This document shows, one piece after another, positions 39,499 to 50,004 of a stretch of 64,000 bases of DNA (position 1 is its first letter; the number at the start of each line of letters is the position of its first letter). A program made the position numbers and the translations under genes. The notes under the pieces were generated by a model. The model was not told the origin of the DNA. It was given only the letters and a program-made list of their open reading frames with translations, and made no database searches. This DNA comes from Bdellovibrionota bacterium (GTDB taxonomy: Bacteria; Bdellovibrionota_C; UBA2361; JBGSMV01): assembly GCA_044356455.1 (NCBI GenBank), contig JBIKWF010000006.1:4477-68476 (forward strand), given 5' to 3'.

Positions 39499-40527
39499 TT
39501 AGAAATCGGTACTATTGGACCGGCTTACCAAGTCGTTATAGTTTTTAACAACTTCCGCGGGGTGTCCCTTAACTAGCTCTGGGCTTGAGGCCGAGAAGAA
39601 CTCAGTATTAAAATCTCGGTTCTCTTTCTTGCGGCGCAGAAGCTCTTTTGCTGATTTCTGAAAATTCTGCAGGGCGCTAAAGAGAAAAACATATCCGCTA
39701 ACCTTTGAAATCTCTTGCGGATGCGCCGTGCTATATTCATCAAGCGCACCTACTGAACTATTGTAATTCGCGAGCACTGCTCCATACGACTCGGTGTCAA
39801 GCTCCTTTAGTTTGCTGACACTTGCTTCTTTGACCAACTTTTTCGCATCGAACATTACCTTTTCGGCCAAGTAGCGCAGCCGTGCGCTCTCATCGCCCGC
39901 GAGCCTCTCAAGTCTTCGGCTCGTAAGTTCGTCGTTCAAGCTACCTATCTTTTTACCAAGAACCTTGTTGGCCTGCTCAAATTTCGAGAAGGCAGCGAGA
40001 AGTGGCTGATGCATCTTCTTACCTTCAGCCATCCCATCGTCTTTATAGTCCTCTTGGTCGTAATAGGTATCCGCTTTTTTTAGCAGCGGCACGATCTCTT
40101 GGAGCGCCTGTAAATAATGCTCGCCTGCTGATTCAAGCTCTGAAGCAGCAGGAGACATCCCCCGAGCTGCCTCAACTGACCTTGTGCAAGTATCCGCATC
40201 GGTCGTGTAGAGGCCGTAAATATTCTTCTCTTTGCCGGTAGGCCCCCGAGCCTCATCTGCCCAACTCAGGTATCGTCTCTTGCTATCAAGAACCCGGTTC
40301 GTTGCTGAATTGAAACAGGTAACGTACTGACTGAGCTTTCTGCTCAGGGCGGCATCATCACTCGATTTATCCGATCGTCCTTCGGCATAGACTGGCCCCG
40401 CAAGCATGGTTACTGCAAGCACGGTTCCAATAAGCAAAAATTTGGCAAAGCCAAGAATGATACTCCTGCAAGGTGAGGGCTTAACTGGCATTAGAAACTC
40501 CACGCTAAGAATAGTTGCTGACGACAA
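39499..40527 (-). CDS. Secreted coiled-coil protein of unknown function
   Basis: Signal peptide FAKFLLIGTVLAVTMLAGPVYA. Charged helical remainder. Confidence 0.45.
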   Translation of the reverse strand: MSSATILSVEFLMPVKPSPCRSIILGFAKFLLIGTVLAVTMLAGPVYAEGRSDKSSDDAALSRKLSQYVTCFNSATNRVLDSKRRYLSWADEARGPTGKEKNIYGLYTTDADTCTRSVEAARGMSPAASELESAGEHYLQALQEIVPLLKKADTYYDQEDYKDDGMAEGKKMHQPLLAAFSKFEQANKVLGKKIGSLNDELTSRRLERLAGDESARLRYLAEKVMFDAKKLVKEASVSKLKELDTESYGAVLANYNSSVGALDEYSTAHPQEISKVSGYVFLFSALQNFQKSAKELLRRKKENRDFNTEFFSASSPELVKGHPAEVVKNYNDLVSRSNSTDF

Positions 40528-40576
40528 CTATAAAACTACAACCCATAGCCGAATTCGCACAATCAAGGATAAAAAG

Positions 40577-41140
40577 TCACTCGACTAGAATCTTTCGACG
40601 AACTCGAGCAGTGGCAGCGAGGTCAGACCCGGCTTCGGTAACGCGCACATCAAGAATCCAAAGCCCCGAGGCAAGAAGGAGCTGAGGCGCTACATAAGCT
40701 CCCGGGCCCCGCGCTTCGAGCGCGACTTTTCGGTCTAATCTGCTATCTCCTGGGCGCATAGCATAGAGGTCGATGGCTTGGTTTGAGACTGGAGCGCCAT
40801 CCTTGCTTGTGATCGTAAGCGCCAACTCTTTTCCAGAGGTGGCCTGAAACTCAAGGGTCCAGCCGCGCTCGGCAAAGCGAGATTCCTCTTCAATTACTTC
40901 CTGATACTTGAGACCGTCTTCGTAGGCATTCCCCTTAAGAAGCTCCGAGGGCGAAGAATTCGCAATGAGATAGAGCGCGATCCCACCGATAAAAAGTAAG
41001 ATAAAAATTGAGATTATCGCGTAGGGCCAGGGAGAGCGGCTTCCGCTCCCTGAAGCTCTATTCTCTGAAGCACCATTCTCTGAACCACTTCGCTCAGAAC
41101 TCTCCATACCAGAAACCCTCGTTGCAGAAACACTATCCAT
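40577..41140 (-). CDS. ccoH: cbb3 oxidase assembly protein CcoH/FixH-like
   Basis: Single N-terminal TM (YAIISIFILLFIGGIALYLI) plus a periplasmic domain. Position is between ccoG and the cluster end. Confidence 0.55.
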   Translation of the reverse strand: MDSVSATRVSGMESSERSGSENGASENRASGSGSRSPWPYAIISIFILLFIGGIALYLIANSSPSELLKGNAYEDGLKYQEVIEEESRFAERGWTLEFQATSGKELALTITSKDGAPVSNQAIDLYAMRPGDSRLDRKVALEARGPGAYVAPQLLLASGLWILDVRVTEAGSDLAATARVRRKILVE

Positions 41141-41142
41141 CT

Positions 41143-42696
41143 CTATTTTTCCTCGGTTTGAGGGCCAAGCAACGTAATTGCAGCGGTTTTAGTTGACCCG
41201 TCTGATGCTTTAAGCTCGATATGAGCATGACCAATCCCTGAGGGCAACGCAGCTTGAGGAAACATCACAAAAAGCGGAAGTGTTTTCTCCTCCCCTGGCC
41301 CAACGGGATATGGGCTCTGAGGGACCGTAAGGGTTCCTTGTGAAAACCCAAGCAGCTTGGCTTCGTAAGTTTCAGTCTTCTTAGACTTATTGCCGATACG
41401 GGCGTGCAGGTGATTTACAATCATACCATGCTCAAGCGCGGAGAATGGTACATCTGCACCGCCGCGCACGACTTTAAAATCAGTCAATGAGCGAGAACTA
41501 AGCAGCGCAATAAACGAGATTCCTAACGCCAAAAGAAAACCAGCGTAAACCACTACCCGCGGCCTAACCCACGTGAGCCCCTCTCTGCGAAGTAAGTTTC
41601 TCTCGCTATCATATCGAATAAGACCAGGCGCACGTCCAACCTTCTCCATGACTGAGTCGCAGGCATCGATGCATTGGCTACACTGAATACACTCAAGCTG
41701 CAGCCCATTTCGAATGTCTATTCCTGTAGGACAGACCCTCACGCACAGTCCGCAATCTATGCAGTCCCCTGTTGTTTCTGCGCTATTCTGCTTTCCTCTT
41801 GGCTCTCCTCTCACCGGGTCATAGCCAACGATGAGTGAATTCGAATCAAGCAGTACAGACTGAAAACGCGCATAGGGACAAAGCACGGTGCAGAACTGCT
41901 CACGGAACCAGCCGAACTCAAAAAGCAGCACCGCCATGAGCACTAATGTAAGAGCAAACGGGAAGAAGTTCTGCTCCGGAGAATGCTGCATCATTCCGAT
42001 TAAGTTATCCCTACCCCAGAAATAGGCGAGGGCTGTGCTTGCGAGAAGCCAGGCAACTACTGCATAGAGTGTCCACTTCAGGCCTTTCTTGAGTACCCAC
42101 TCACTGGAAAATGGCTTTGAATCCAGTCGCAGGCGCTGTGCCGGTCCACCCTCAATGAAGCGCTCAATAGGCCGGAAAACGAACTCCAAGAAGACCGTCT
42201 GAGGGCACGCCCATCCGCACCACATTCGGCCAAGAAGAGCCGAAGCAAGAAACATAGTGAGCGCGAGGCCAGCGATGATAATAAAAAGAAGGACCGTATC
42301 AGTGGGATAGAAAGTAGTTCCAAAGAAGGTGAATTTGCGCTCCATGATGCTGAGCAGCACAGCCTGGTCCCCATGCACAGTAACCCAAGGGAGGCCAAGA
42401 TATATAAGAAGCAGCGCGCAGACGACGAGCACCCTTCTCTGGAACAGACGCCCTTTCACCAGGGCATTATATACCCAGTGGCGCTTTCCATCCTTCCCGA
42501 TGGTGTAAAGTGTCTCGCGAAAATCAAAATCGGTCGGAGACGGCGAACTCTGTTTCTTTGAGCTGTTAATTGAGACCGCAGTCTTATTTTTACAGCCACC
42601 GCTTCCACACGAGCCGTCTCCCTTGCAGCCCAGAGAAGAGGGGTGCTGAGAGGATGAGCTCGAAGAAGCGTGTTTTACGTCATGACCATCGCACAT
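41143..42696 (-). CDS. ccoG: cbb3 oxidase accessory 4Fe-4S protein CcoG/FixG with Cys-rich N-terminal extension
   Basis: CIDCGLCVRVCPTGIDIRNGLQLECIQCSQCIDAC ferredoxin motifs. FDFRETLYTIGKDGKRHWVY. ATG 42696 is preceded by GAGGGA. The track ORF start at 42912 lies in the MITE copy. Confidence 0.8.
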   Translation of the reverse strand: MCDGHDVKHASSSSSSQHPSSLGCKGDGSCGSGGCKNKTAVSINSSKKQSSPSPTDFDFRETLYTIGKDGKRHWVYNALVKGRLFQRRVLVVCALLLIYLGLPWVTVHGDQAVLLSIMERKFTFFGTTFYPTDTVLLFIIIAGLALTMFLASALLGRMWCGWACPQTVFLEFVFRPIERFIEGGPAQRLRLDSKPFSSEWVLKKGLKWTLYAVVAWLLASTALAYFWGRDNLIGMMQHSPEQNFFPFALTLVLMAVLLFEFGWFREQFCTVLCPYARFQSVLLDSNSLIVGYDPVRGEPRGKQNSAETTGDCIDCGLCVRVCPTGIDIRNGLQLECIQCSQCIDACDSVMEKVGRAPGLIRYDSERNLLRREGLTWVRPRVVVYAGFLLALGISFIALLSSRSLTDFKVVRGGADVPFSALEHGMIVNHLHARIGNKSKKTETYEAKLLGFSQGTLTVPQSPYPVGPGEEKTLPLFVMFPQAALPSGIGHAHIELKASDGSTKTAAITLLGPQTEEK

Positions 42697-42777
42697 AAAA
42701 GGTCCCTCGCGAAGTTGCCGCGCTACGTTCGCGACAGTCACCGCAATAAACTTGTCCCCCCCTCTTTGGAGCCTTAG

Positions 42778-42909
42778 CTTAGGGAACCTCTGGAAAACCT
42801 CTATTCTTAATACACCTCTGTGTACCTCTGAGCCCTCTGTGGTGAATTTCTTAACGAAAATTTCGCCATAGAGGGCCCACAGTGGGTTATTCAGAGTAGA
42901 CTCCTTAGG
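42778..42909. repeat. MITE-like element copy 6 (degenerate right half) inside the ccoP-ccoG intergenic space
   Basis: cttagggaacctctggaaaacc...cctctgtggtgaatttcttaacgaaaatttcgccatagaggg...cagagtagactccttagg. Confidence 0.7.
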
Positions 42910-42950
42910 CACCCACCAAAGAGCGAGATTATAAATGCCAGAGCGCCCTA

Positions 42951-43529
42951 CTACGCTGCAGGTGGGCCCTCGGGCGCTTTGCCTGGAACATTGGTATTAC
43001 GAATTGACCAAACGAAAGAAAGCACGTCACTTATTTGATCAGCAGGCAAAAGCTCCTTCCACGCCAACATGCCCTTGGCAGGAACACCAACCTCAATCAC
43101 CGTCTTTATCTCAGTGACCTTTCCACCATGAATCCACTGAGCATCGGTTAAATTCGGCCCTACAAGCCCCTCCCCCTTGGTGCCGTGACAAACCATGCAC
43201 TTTTCGGCGTAGACCTTTGCGCCCCTTTCTACCCGTGAAAGGTCAGACACCAAAGCGAGCAAGGACTCTTCCGTCATGGGAGCACCGCCCTGCATTTTCG
43301 CCGCATATTGGCTGCGAATTTCTTCAAGTTCCTTCATATCAACCGCGAGTTCTTCGCTTGGCTGAAGGCCAGGACCAAAATGATAATAGCCCACGTAAAT
43401 CGGAGCGATAATGATGGTGATGTAGAATAGCCATAGCCACCAACGTGGGAGATCGTTGTCATACTCCTCAATTCCGTCGTAGTAGCTCTCAAGTAACTGG
43501 TCTTCTTTTTTATTCTCGCTCATAACCAT
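42951..43529 (-). CDS. ccoP: cbb3 oxidase subunit III CcoP, monohaem variant
   Basis: N-terminal DNDLPRWWLWLFYITIIIAPIY. A single CMVCHG haem-c site. 192 aa. Confidence 0.7.
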   Translation of the reverse strand: MVMSENKKEDQLLESYYDGIEEYDNDLPRWWLWLFYITIIIAPIYVGYYHFGPGLQPSEELAVDMKELEEIRSQYAAKMQGGAPMTEESLLALVSDLSRVERGAKVYAEKCMVCHGTKGEGLVGPNLTDAQWIHGGKVTEIKTVIEVGVPAKGMLAWKELLPADQISDVLSFVWSIRNTNVPGKAPEGPPAA

Positions 43530-43594
43530 TCCTTTTTTGAAGGGAGCTCTTGAAGGAAGCCCTCAAAAGAAGCCTCGCCCTTCATCAAGTCGCC

Positions 43595-43759
43595 TCAATC
43601 ATTCTTTTCATTTAGCGGCAGCTGCGAAGCCTCCTCGTAAGCTCGTCGCCGCGCGGGCCAATACACCCAGGCAACTACCGCAACAAAAAACACAAGGAAG
43701 AAGACAAGAGCAAATTGAGCCCATACGGGATCAACGAGCCCCTGTATAAACCTACCCAT
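43595..43759 (-). CDS. ccoQ: Small membrane subunit CcoQ/FixQ-like (54 aa), not in the ORF track
   Basis: Manual translation gives [60 protein letters not shown] lies 5 nt upstream. It overlaps the ccoNO stop by 8 bp. Confidence 0.5.
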   Translation of the reverse strand: MGRFIQGLVDPVWAQFALVFFLVFFVAVVAWVYWPARRRAYEEASQLPLNEKND

Positions 43760-45959
43760 TTGATCCTCCCCCTACTCCTTGAGCAACTTGCTGCGAGGCA
43801 CCCGACTTAATGTCGGTGCCAAGGCGCTGCATATAGGCAATAAGCGCAATAATTTCCATGCCACTCTTGCCCTTCGCATCGCTCATCCCCTGGGCGCTGA
43901 GACCATCGGCTATGGCTTGAGCTTGGGTCTCAAGGTCAGCTACCGCATTCTTGATTTGCTCATCGCTATAAGGAACTCCAAGCAACTTCATGGCAGCAAG
44001 CTTTGAGGAGGTAAGCGAAGTGCTCAGCTCGTTCTCATAGAGCCATGGATACGCGGGCATAATGGAACCAGGACTCGTGGAACGAGGATCCATCATATGT
44101 CTCCAGTGCCACAGGTCTGGGTACTTGCGACCTACACGGTGTAGATCAGGCCCTGTACGCTTCGAGCCGAACTGGAACGGATGGTCATACACAAACTCAC
44201 CTGGCTTCGAATACTCCCCGTAGCGCACGAGCTCATCTCTAAAGGGCCTTACCATCTGCGAGTGACAGTTATAACAGCCTTCTCGGAGATAGAGATCGCG
44301 GCCCTCAAGCTCGAGCGCCGTATAAGGATGGACCGAAGCAATTGAGGGAACATTACTCTGCACGGCCACCATAGGCACGATTTCGACAATTCCTCCCACG
44401 AGAACTGCAAGCATCGTGAGTACCGAGAAGAGCACTGGCCGAGCTTCAAGGTTATGATGGAAGGTATTGAGCCAGCCACGATTCCCGCCGGTAGCATTGG
44501 GACTCTTCGTTTGCTGGATTGCACGCGGAACTTCAACCGCAACGTCAGAGAGAGAATGTCCCGCCGCCTTGGAGGCCTGAATCGTCTTGGCGACGTTATA
44601 GACCATCAAGAAAAGCCCCATAACGTAGAGCGTTCCTCCGAAGAGGCGAATCCAGTAGAAGGGAATAAGCTGCGTAACGGTTTCGATAAACTCGGGATAT
44701 TTAAGGAGGCCTTCAGGAGTGAACGCGCGCCACATAAGACCTTGAGTAATCCCACCGGTCCACATGGAGGTCATGTAAATTACAATTCCAAGTGTGCCCA
44801 TCCAGAGGTGCGCCGCCATGAGCTTCTTGCTCCAGACAGGAACCTTCCAGAGTTGTGGAAGAAGCCAGTAGAACATTCCAAAAGTAAGGAAGCCGTTCCA
44901 CCCAAGCGCACCACCGTGCACATGTCCGATGGTCCAGTCCGTGTAGTGAGAGAGAGCATTAACACTCTTAATTGACATCATCGGCCCCTCAAAGGTCGAC
45001 ATGCCGTAGAAAGTGATACCCACTACGAAAAACTTGAGAATCGGGTCATCACGAAGCTTATCCCACGCTCCGCGAAGCGTAAGGAGGCCGTTAATCATAC
45101 CACCCCACGAGGGAGCGATGAGCATTATGGAGAAGAGCGCTCCCGTGGTCTGTGCCCAATCAGGCAGCGAAGTGTTGAGAAGGTGATGGGGACCTGCCCA
45201 GATATAGAGGAAAATGAGGGACCAGAAATGGATAATCGAAAGGCGATATGAATATACGGGCCGCCCAGCTGCCTTAGGCATGAAATAATACATGAGACCT
45301 AGGAACGGCGTCGTGAGGAAGAAGGCTACAGCATTGTGGCCATACCACCACTGAACGAGAGCGTCCTGAACTCCTGCAAATACCGGATAGCTCTTAAAGA
45401 GCGCCACGGGAAGCGCCAAGGAGTTTACGATGTGAAGCATGGCCACGGTAAGAATCGTGGCGATATAGAACCAAATCGAAACATATATATGCTTCTCGCG
45501 GCGCTTAATGATCGTACCGAAAAGATTGGCACCAAAAACCACCCACACTAATGCGATGGCGATATCAATCGGCCACTCAAGCTCGGCGTATTCCTTGCCA
45601 ACAGTAATTCCGAGAGCCAGGGTAACCGCAGCTGATACGATAATGAGCTGCCATCCCCAGAAGTGGATCTTGCTGAGAAGGTCTGAAAACATCCTAGCGC
45701 GCAGAAGTCTCTGAGCTGAGTAGTAAACCGCGGCGAATATGGCGTTACCAGCGAAAGCGAAAATTACCGCATTGGTATGTATTGGCCTTAAGCGGCCAAA
45801 GGTGAGGAAGGAAATCCCCATGTTAAGCGGCCAATACGCGAGCTGGGCCGCAATAATAACCCCCACCAACATGCCCACTACGCCCCACACTATAGAGGCC
45901 AAAAGGAACATGCGGACTGACTTATCGTCGTATCGAATGGTTTCAGTTTGTGCGTTCAT
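43752..45959 (-). CDS. ccoNO: Fused cbb3 oxidase subunits I+II (CcoN-CcoO)
   Basis: 735 aa. Twelve or more TM helices with His ligands. The C-terminal CcoO part carries CYNCHSQ haem-c. Confidence 0.85.
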   Translation of the reverse strand: MNAQTETIRYDDKSVRMFLLASIVWGVVGMLVGVIIAAQLAYWPLNMGISFLTFGRLRPIHTNAVIFAFAGNAIFAAVYYSAQRLLRARMFSDLLSKIHFWGWQLIIVSAAVTLALGITVGKEYAELEWPIDIAIALVWVVFGANLFGTIIKRREKHIYVSIWFYIATILTVAMLHIVNSLALPVALFKSYPVFAGVQDALVQWWYGHNAVAFFLTTPFLGLMYYFMPKAAGRPVYSYRLSIIHFWSLIFLYIWAGPHHLLNTSLPDWAQTTGALFSIMLIAPSWGGMINGLLTLRGAWDKLRDDPILKFFVVGITFYGMSTFEGPMMSIKSVNALSHYTDWTIGHVHGGALGWNGFLTFGMFYWLLPQLWKVPVWSKKLMAAHLWMGTLGIVIYMTSMWTGGITQGLMWRAFTPEGLLKYPEFIETVTQLIPFYWIRLFGGTLYVMGLFLMVYNVAKTIQASKAAGHSLSDVAVEVPRAIQQTKSPNATGGNRGWLNTFHHNLEARPVLFSVLTMLAVLVGGIVEIVPMVAVQSNVPSIASVHPYTALELEGRDLYLREGCYNCHSQMVRPFRDELVRYGEYSKPGEFVYDHPFQFGSKRTGPDLHRVGRKYPDLWHWRHMMDPRSTSPGSIMPAYPWLYENELSTSLTSSKLAAMKLLGVPYSDEQIKNAVADLETQAQAIADGLSAQGMSDAKGKSGMEIIALIAYMQRLGTDIKSGASQQVAQGVGGGSNG

Positions 45960-46255
45960 GACTAATCTTGAATGTTATACTCAAGTTAACTTACTGATCT
46001 GACTAGATTTTTTTATCATGGCTTATAACCCCCGTGAAGGGGCCAGAGTGAATAATCTTTGAAATAAGGAGCACGAACCGCCTCCTCAGGCGTCAAAGCA
46101 AGAAAAAATGCGCAGTATTTTCCTCATAGAACTGAGCAAAAGAGTCCGACCTAAAAAATCAGATGTGCGACAGGAGTTCATCCAGCAGCAGCAACAGGAT
46201 GCCTTTCTATGGGATGTGCCCCGAAAGAAGATTTACACTTATTCGGGGCAGACAC

Positions 46256-46960
46256 TTACGGCGTGCAGAGAACTTGACTGCGACCAGAGTGCCCCTCGTG
46301 CAGAAAAGGCATTCCGAATACATGCCCTGAGAGCGCGGCTAAACCAGCGAGAAGAACCAAGGCAGCAGAGATGCGAGGGATTACCGCTCGAACCTGAGCA
46401 GAGGCCAGGTGAGCAAAAAGTCCGACAGAGGTAAGAGCCGGAAGCGATCCAAGCCAAAAAGCAGCCATACTCCCTGCCCCCCACCACATGCTCGAACTTG
46501 CTACTGCGACAGCGACAAACCCATATAGCCAGCCACAGGGAAGCAGCCCAGTGCCAAGCCCAAGAAAAAGAGCACGCCATTCGACAGACTGACGCCCCGA
46601 CTGCATAAGAAAACGCGAGGGAGCTCCAAGGACTCCATACACACGAGGGCCAAAAAGCTGCTTTATTCTGCCTGGTCCGAGAAGCGCAAAGAGTCCCCAA
46701 ACGGTGAGCAGAGTACCCATGATCATTGGGGCAAGCGCTCGAACCCCAAGCGGCTCAGCGATTAGATTCACTCGTTCGCCAAGCGCGCCCGCCAAGGCAC
46801 CAATCACCACATAAGAGAGTAAGCGCCCTAGATGATACGCGAAATGCGCTCGGTGCGGCTTACTAGTCAGACCGGAATACGCGAGGACCACCCCACCACA
46901 CATCGCTGCACAGTGCATGCTACCAAGCAGACTCGCTATAAATATGGCCATGAAGGACAT
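46256..46960 (-). CDS. DsbD_2/TauE-like polytopic membrane protein with HCxxMCGG motif (cbb3-cluster associated)
   Basis: MSFMAIFIASLLGSMHCAAMCGGVVLAYSG. About six TM helices. Confidence 0.5.
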   Translation of the reverse strand: MSFMAIFIASLLGSMHCAAMCGGVVLAYSGLTSKPHRAHFAYHLGRLLSYVVIGALAGALGERVNLIAEPLGVRALAPMIMGTLLTVWGLFALLGPGRIKQLFGPRVYGVLGAPSRFLMQSGRQSVEWRALFLGLGTGLLPCGWLYGFVAVAVASSSMWWGAGSMAAFWLGSLPALTSVGLFAHLASAQVRAVIPRISAALVLLAGLAALSGHVFGMPFLHEGHSGRSQVLCTP

Positions 46961-47080
46961 GTAGCTGCCTTACGACATGCTCACGAGGAGCACAGAAAGA
47001 AGTATTCCTTAGCACGAGGACTTTGCAACCTCTGTTAGTTACCGTTATGTTGGCCTCATCGTAATAATTGTTCAACTCTC

Positions 47081-49561
47081 ATGACGTCATCGGTTGCTCT
47101 TGCTATCCCTCAAGAAGCCCTTCAAGGCGCCTGCGCACACTGTGGAGGCCCAGTGTACCTTTCTCTGGAGCAGGAGGGAAAAGCATTTTGCTGCCCAGGC
47201 TGCGCAGTTACTTTTCGAACCTTGCACGAACTTGGCCTGGCCAATTACTACTCGCTGAGAAGTGCTGCGGGCACCCCTGGAAAAAAGGTAGCATCTGCCC
47301 AAGTTGACTCCTCTCTCTTTGACTCAAAGTCATTTTGGGAGGCTCACGTAAGGACTAGCTCCCCCGATCGTTTGAGCGTGCGCCTTCTCCTCGCGGGGGT
47401 ACACTGCGTAGGCTGCGTCTGGGTGCTTGAGCAGCTTCCTGCCCTCTGCAAAGGAGTCCTCCGCTCGGAACTCGCCTTCTCCGAAGGTGTTCTTAGTATC
47501 GATTTTAGTCCTGCCGAAACGAAACTCTCAGAGGTAGCAGAGAAACTGCTCCTGCTAGGATACGCCCCCTCTCCCTACAGTGCGGCCGAGCGCCGAGCTC
47601 TCGAGGAGCGGGAGCAGCGCGACTTTCTGGTGCGCATTGGAGTAGCGGGATTCGGCTTCATGAATACGATGCTGATCGCAGTCTCCCTCTACCAAGGTTA
47701 CTTTTCTGGCATCGATCCCGGAGTCCGAACCTTTCTGCATTGGGCTTCGCTCATCATCGCCTTCCCTGTCATTCTATTCTCGGCAAAACCGTTCTTTCAG
47801 AGCTTTGTCTCTTCGATGGTAGCGCGCCAGCTTCATATGGACGTGCCTATCGCGGCTGGGATCACCGTGACCATGCTTTATAGCATGTGGAATACCTTTA
47901 CTGGCGCCGACCGCGTGTATTTCGACTCCGTGTGCGCGCTCGTCTTTTTGCTTCTTCTTGGCCGCTATGGACAACAGCAAGCGCTTTTGAAAGCGAGGCA
48001 ATCTACCGCGAGTAAAGTAGCGTTACTCCCGCTTTCTGCATCGGTGCGGCGGGAGGGCAAGGACCTCTCAATTCCTCTCGTCGAAATTCGTAGCACCGAT
48101 ACCGTGCTCATTTCCGCTGGCAGCCGCGTCCCCGTAGATGGGCTCATCGCCAAAGGAGCCTCTTCTTTCAACACGTCAGTGATGACAGGAGAGCCCTTGC
48201 CTCGCTCATTCAAGGAAGGCGAGGAGGTATTTGCGGGTTATCTAAACTTAGAATCTCCGATTGAGCTCCGTCCTCTTGAGGGGGATCAAACCTCTCGACT
48301 CACCAAACTCCTTGCGATGCTCGACGAAGGCGCGCTCCAAAAATCTCCTCTCGTAGAAAGTGCGCAGCGCATGCTCGGAAGCTTTGTAGCCGTGTTGTTG
48401 GTGCTTGCGGCGGGGACATTCATCTATTGGATCCCGCATGGATTCCAGAATGCTTTGGACGCTACTGTCTCACTACTGGTCATATGCTGCCCCTGTGCAT
48501 TGGCTCTTGCAACGCCGCTTGCTCTTGCGACCGGCGTGCGCCGCGCCGCTGCGGAAGGGATTCTCATCAGGAAAGCAGAAGTCATAGAGCGAACCGCTCG
48601 CGTGAAAACCGTTTATTTTGATAAAACAGGAACTCTCACTCAAGGTACCTTCACTGTCACTGCGTGTTCATTTTTAGAACATCCAGGAGTTACCAAAGAG
48701 AGCGCTCTTCGCATAGCAGCAGAGCTTGCTGAAGTAGGCTCTGCCCATCCTCTTTCCCGTGCCATCCTCGAGTTTTGTAACAAACAAGCTCCTCAGCCCT
48801 CGAAAGCCACGTTTCTCGAAGATATTGCATGGCGCACAGGACTGGGCGTTGAGGGCCTGCAACCCGAGCGAGGCAACTGGCGCCTTGGCAGCGTGGCCTT
48901 CGCGCTCGCCGCGCCGAAGGACCACTTACACTCGGCCCTATCGACGGTTTTCCTGAGCTGTGAGGGCTCGCCAATCCTACGTTTCGAACTAGAAGATGTG
49001 ATAGCGCCCGCGAGCGCTCCGACCCTTGCACACCTTCGCAGCAAGGGCATACAGGTACGAATGCTCTCAGGCGATCACTCTGAAACGGTAGCCGCACTCG
49101 GCTGCGCGCTTGGATTTTCAAAGAGTGACAGCCTCGGCGAATGTTCCCCTGAAGACAAGCAGCGCACGCTTGAAAACGAAGGCACCGGCGCCATGATGGT
49201 CGGTGATGGAGTAAATGATGCCACGGCTCTCGCCGCCGCCGATGTCGGTGTTGCGGTGCACGGGGACGCGCTGCGATGCTTTGAAAGTGCCGATGTGGCG
49301 CTCATTGACCGAGACCTCCGTGCAATCCCAGACCTTCTGGAGGGAGCGAAGAGAACCGTACGAGTGGTGCGCGAGAACCTCGCGCTTTCACTTGTCTATA
49401 ATGTAGTCGGTGCCGTTGCCGCAATTGCAGGCAAGGTGGATCCGCTCGTTGCCGCGCTTCTTATGCCGCTCTCTTCTTTAACCGTGCTTGCCAATTCGCA
49501 GTTTTCACGTACCTTTCGACCCGCCGAAGAGAAACCGCTCGCGAGAGCTCAGAAAGAGTAG
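47081..49561 (+). CDS. ccoI: Copper-translocating P1B-type ATPase CcoI/FixI
   Basis: N-terminal CAHCGG...CCPGCA. CPC (ICCPCALA). DKTGTLT. GDGVNDA. Confidence 0.85.
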   Translation: MTSSVALAIPQEALQGACAHCGGPVYLSLEQEGKAFCCPGCAVTFRTLHELGLANYYSLRSAAGTPGKKVASAQVDSSLFDSKSFWEAHVRTSSPDRLSVRLLLAGVHCVGCVWVLEQLPALCKGVLRSELAFSEGVLSIDFSPAETKLSEVAEKLLLLGYAPSPYSAAERRALEEREQRDFLVRIGVAGFGFMNTMLIAVSLYQGYFSGIDPGVRTFLHWASLIIAFPVILFSAKPFFQSFVSSMVARQLHMDVPIAAGITVTMLYSMWNTFTGADRVYFDSVCALVFLLLLGRYGQQQALLKARQSTASKVALLPLSASVRREGKDLSIPLVEIRSTDTVLISAGSRVPVDGLIAKGASSFNTSVMTGEPLPRSFKEGEEVFAGYLNLESPIELRPLEGDQTSRLTKLLAMLDEGALQKSPLVESAQRMLGSFVAVLLVLAAGTFIYWIPHGFQNALDATVSLLVICCPCALALATPLALATGVRRAAAEGILIRKAEVIERTARVKTVYFDKTGTLTQGTFTVTACSFLEHPGVTKESALRIAAELAEVGSAHPLSRAILEFCNKQAPQPSKATFLEDIAWRTGLGVEGLQPERGNWRLGSVAFALAAPKDHLHSALSTVFLSCEGSPILRFELEDVIAPASAPTLAHLRSKGIQVRMLSGDHSETVAALGCALGFSKSDSLGECSPEDKQRTLENEGTGAMMVGDGVNDATALAAADVGVAVHGDALRCFESADVALIDRDLRAIPDLLEGAKRTVRVVRENLALSLVYNVVGAVAAIAGKVDPLVAALLMPLSSLTVLANSQFSRTFRPAEEKPLARAQKE

Positions 49562-49563
49562 TT

Positions 49564-49767
49564 ATGGGAATTATTATTGTTCTCTTGCCACTTTCCGTGC
49601 TGCTGGGTTTCACCGGACTCATGGCCTACCTTTGGTCAGTTCGCTCAGGGCAGTTTAAGGATCTCGACACGCCGGCAATGCGCATTTTGCTCGATGGGGA
49701 AAAGCAAGCCTCTGGACAAATCGAAGAGACTTCTCAGAAGGCGAAGACCGATACGCATGCCCAATGA
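49564..49767 (+). CDS. ccoS: cbb3 oxidase maturation protein CcoS/FixS
   Basis: MGIIIVLLPLSVLLGFTGLMAYLWSVRSGQFKDLD. The start is 3 nt after the ccoI stop. Confidence 0.7.
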   Translation: MGIIIVLLPLSVLLGFTGLMAYLWSVRSGQFKDLDTPAMRILLDGEKQASGQIEETSQKAKTDTHAQ

Positions 49768-49916
49768 ATGTGCCCCCAACGGGGAACTTACCTTTGAGAA
49801 GCTCCCCTCCACGTCCTTCCTATAAAACTACACTATAGGTCCTAACCGTCATGTCTCACAGGATCCCTGACGGGTCCGTGAGACTGCGTTGGAAATCCGC
49901 CTTCCAGGCGTTAGTT

Positions 49917-49971
49917 AGCCGCGATTGCTCACTGCCCGTATGGGCTGTGAGCAATCGCGGCTAAAAGCTTT
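49917..49971. terminator. Intrinsic terminator after ccoS
   Basis: agccgcgattgctcac...gtgagcaatcgcggct followed by aaaagctttt. Confidence 0.6.
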
Positions 49972-50004
49972 TGGTAGAGTTCGGAAGGGAGGTGCTCCCT
50001 TTCC

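Noticed and set aside
45960-46255. FNR/Anr box upstream of ccoNO
   Set aside because: Only TTGA-N9-TCAA with the wrong spacing was seen. No TTGAT-N4-ATCAA.
46108-46434. 108-aa ORF in the ccoNO promoter region
   Set aside because: No motif. It sits between divergent promoters and is likely non-coding.
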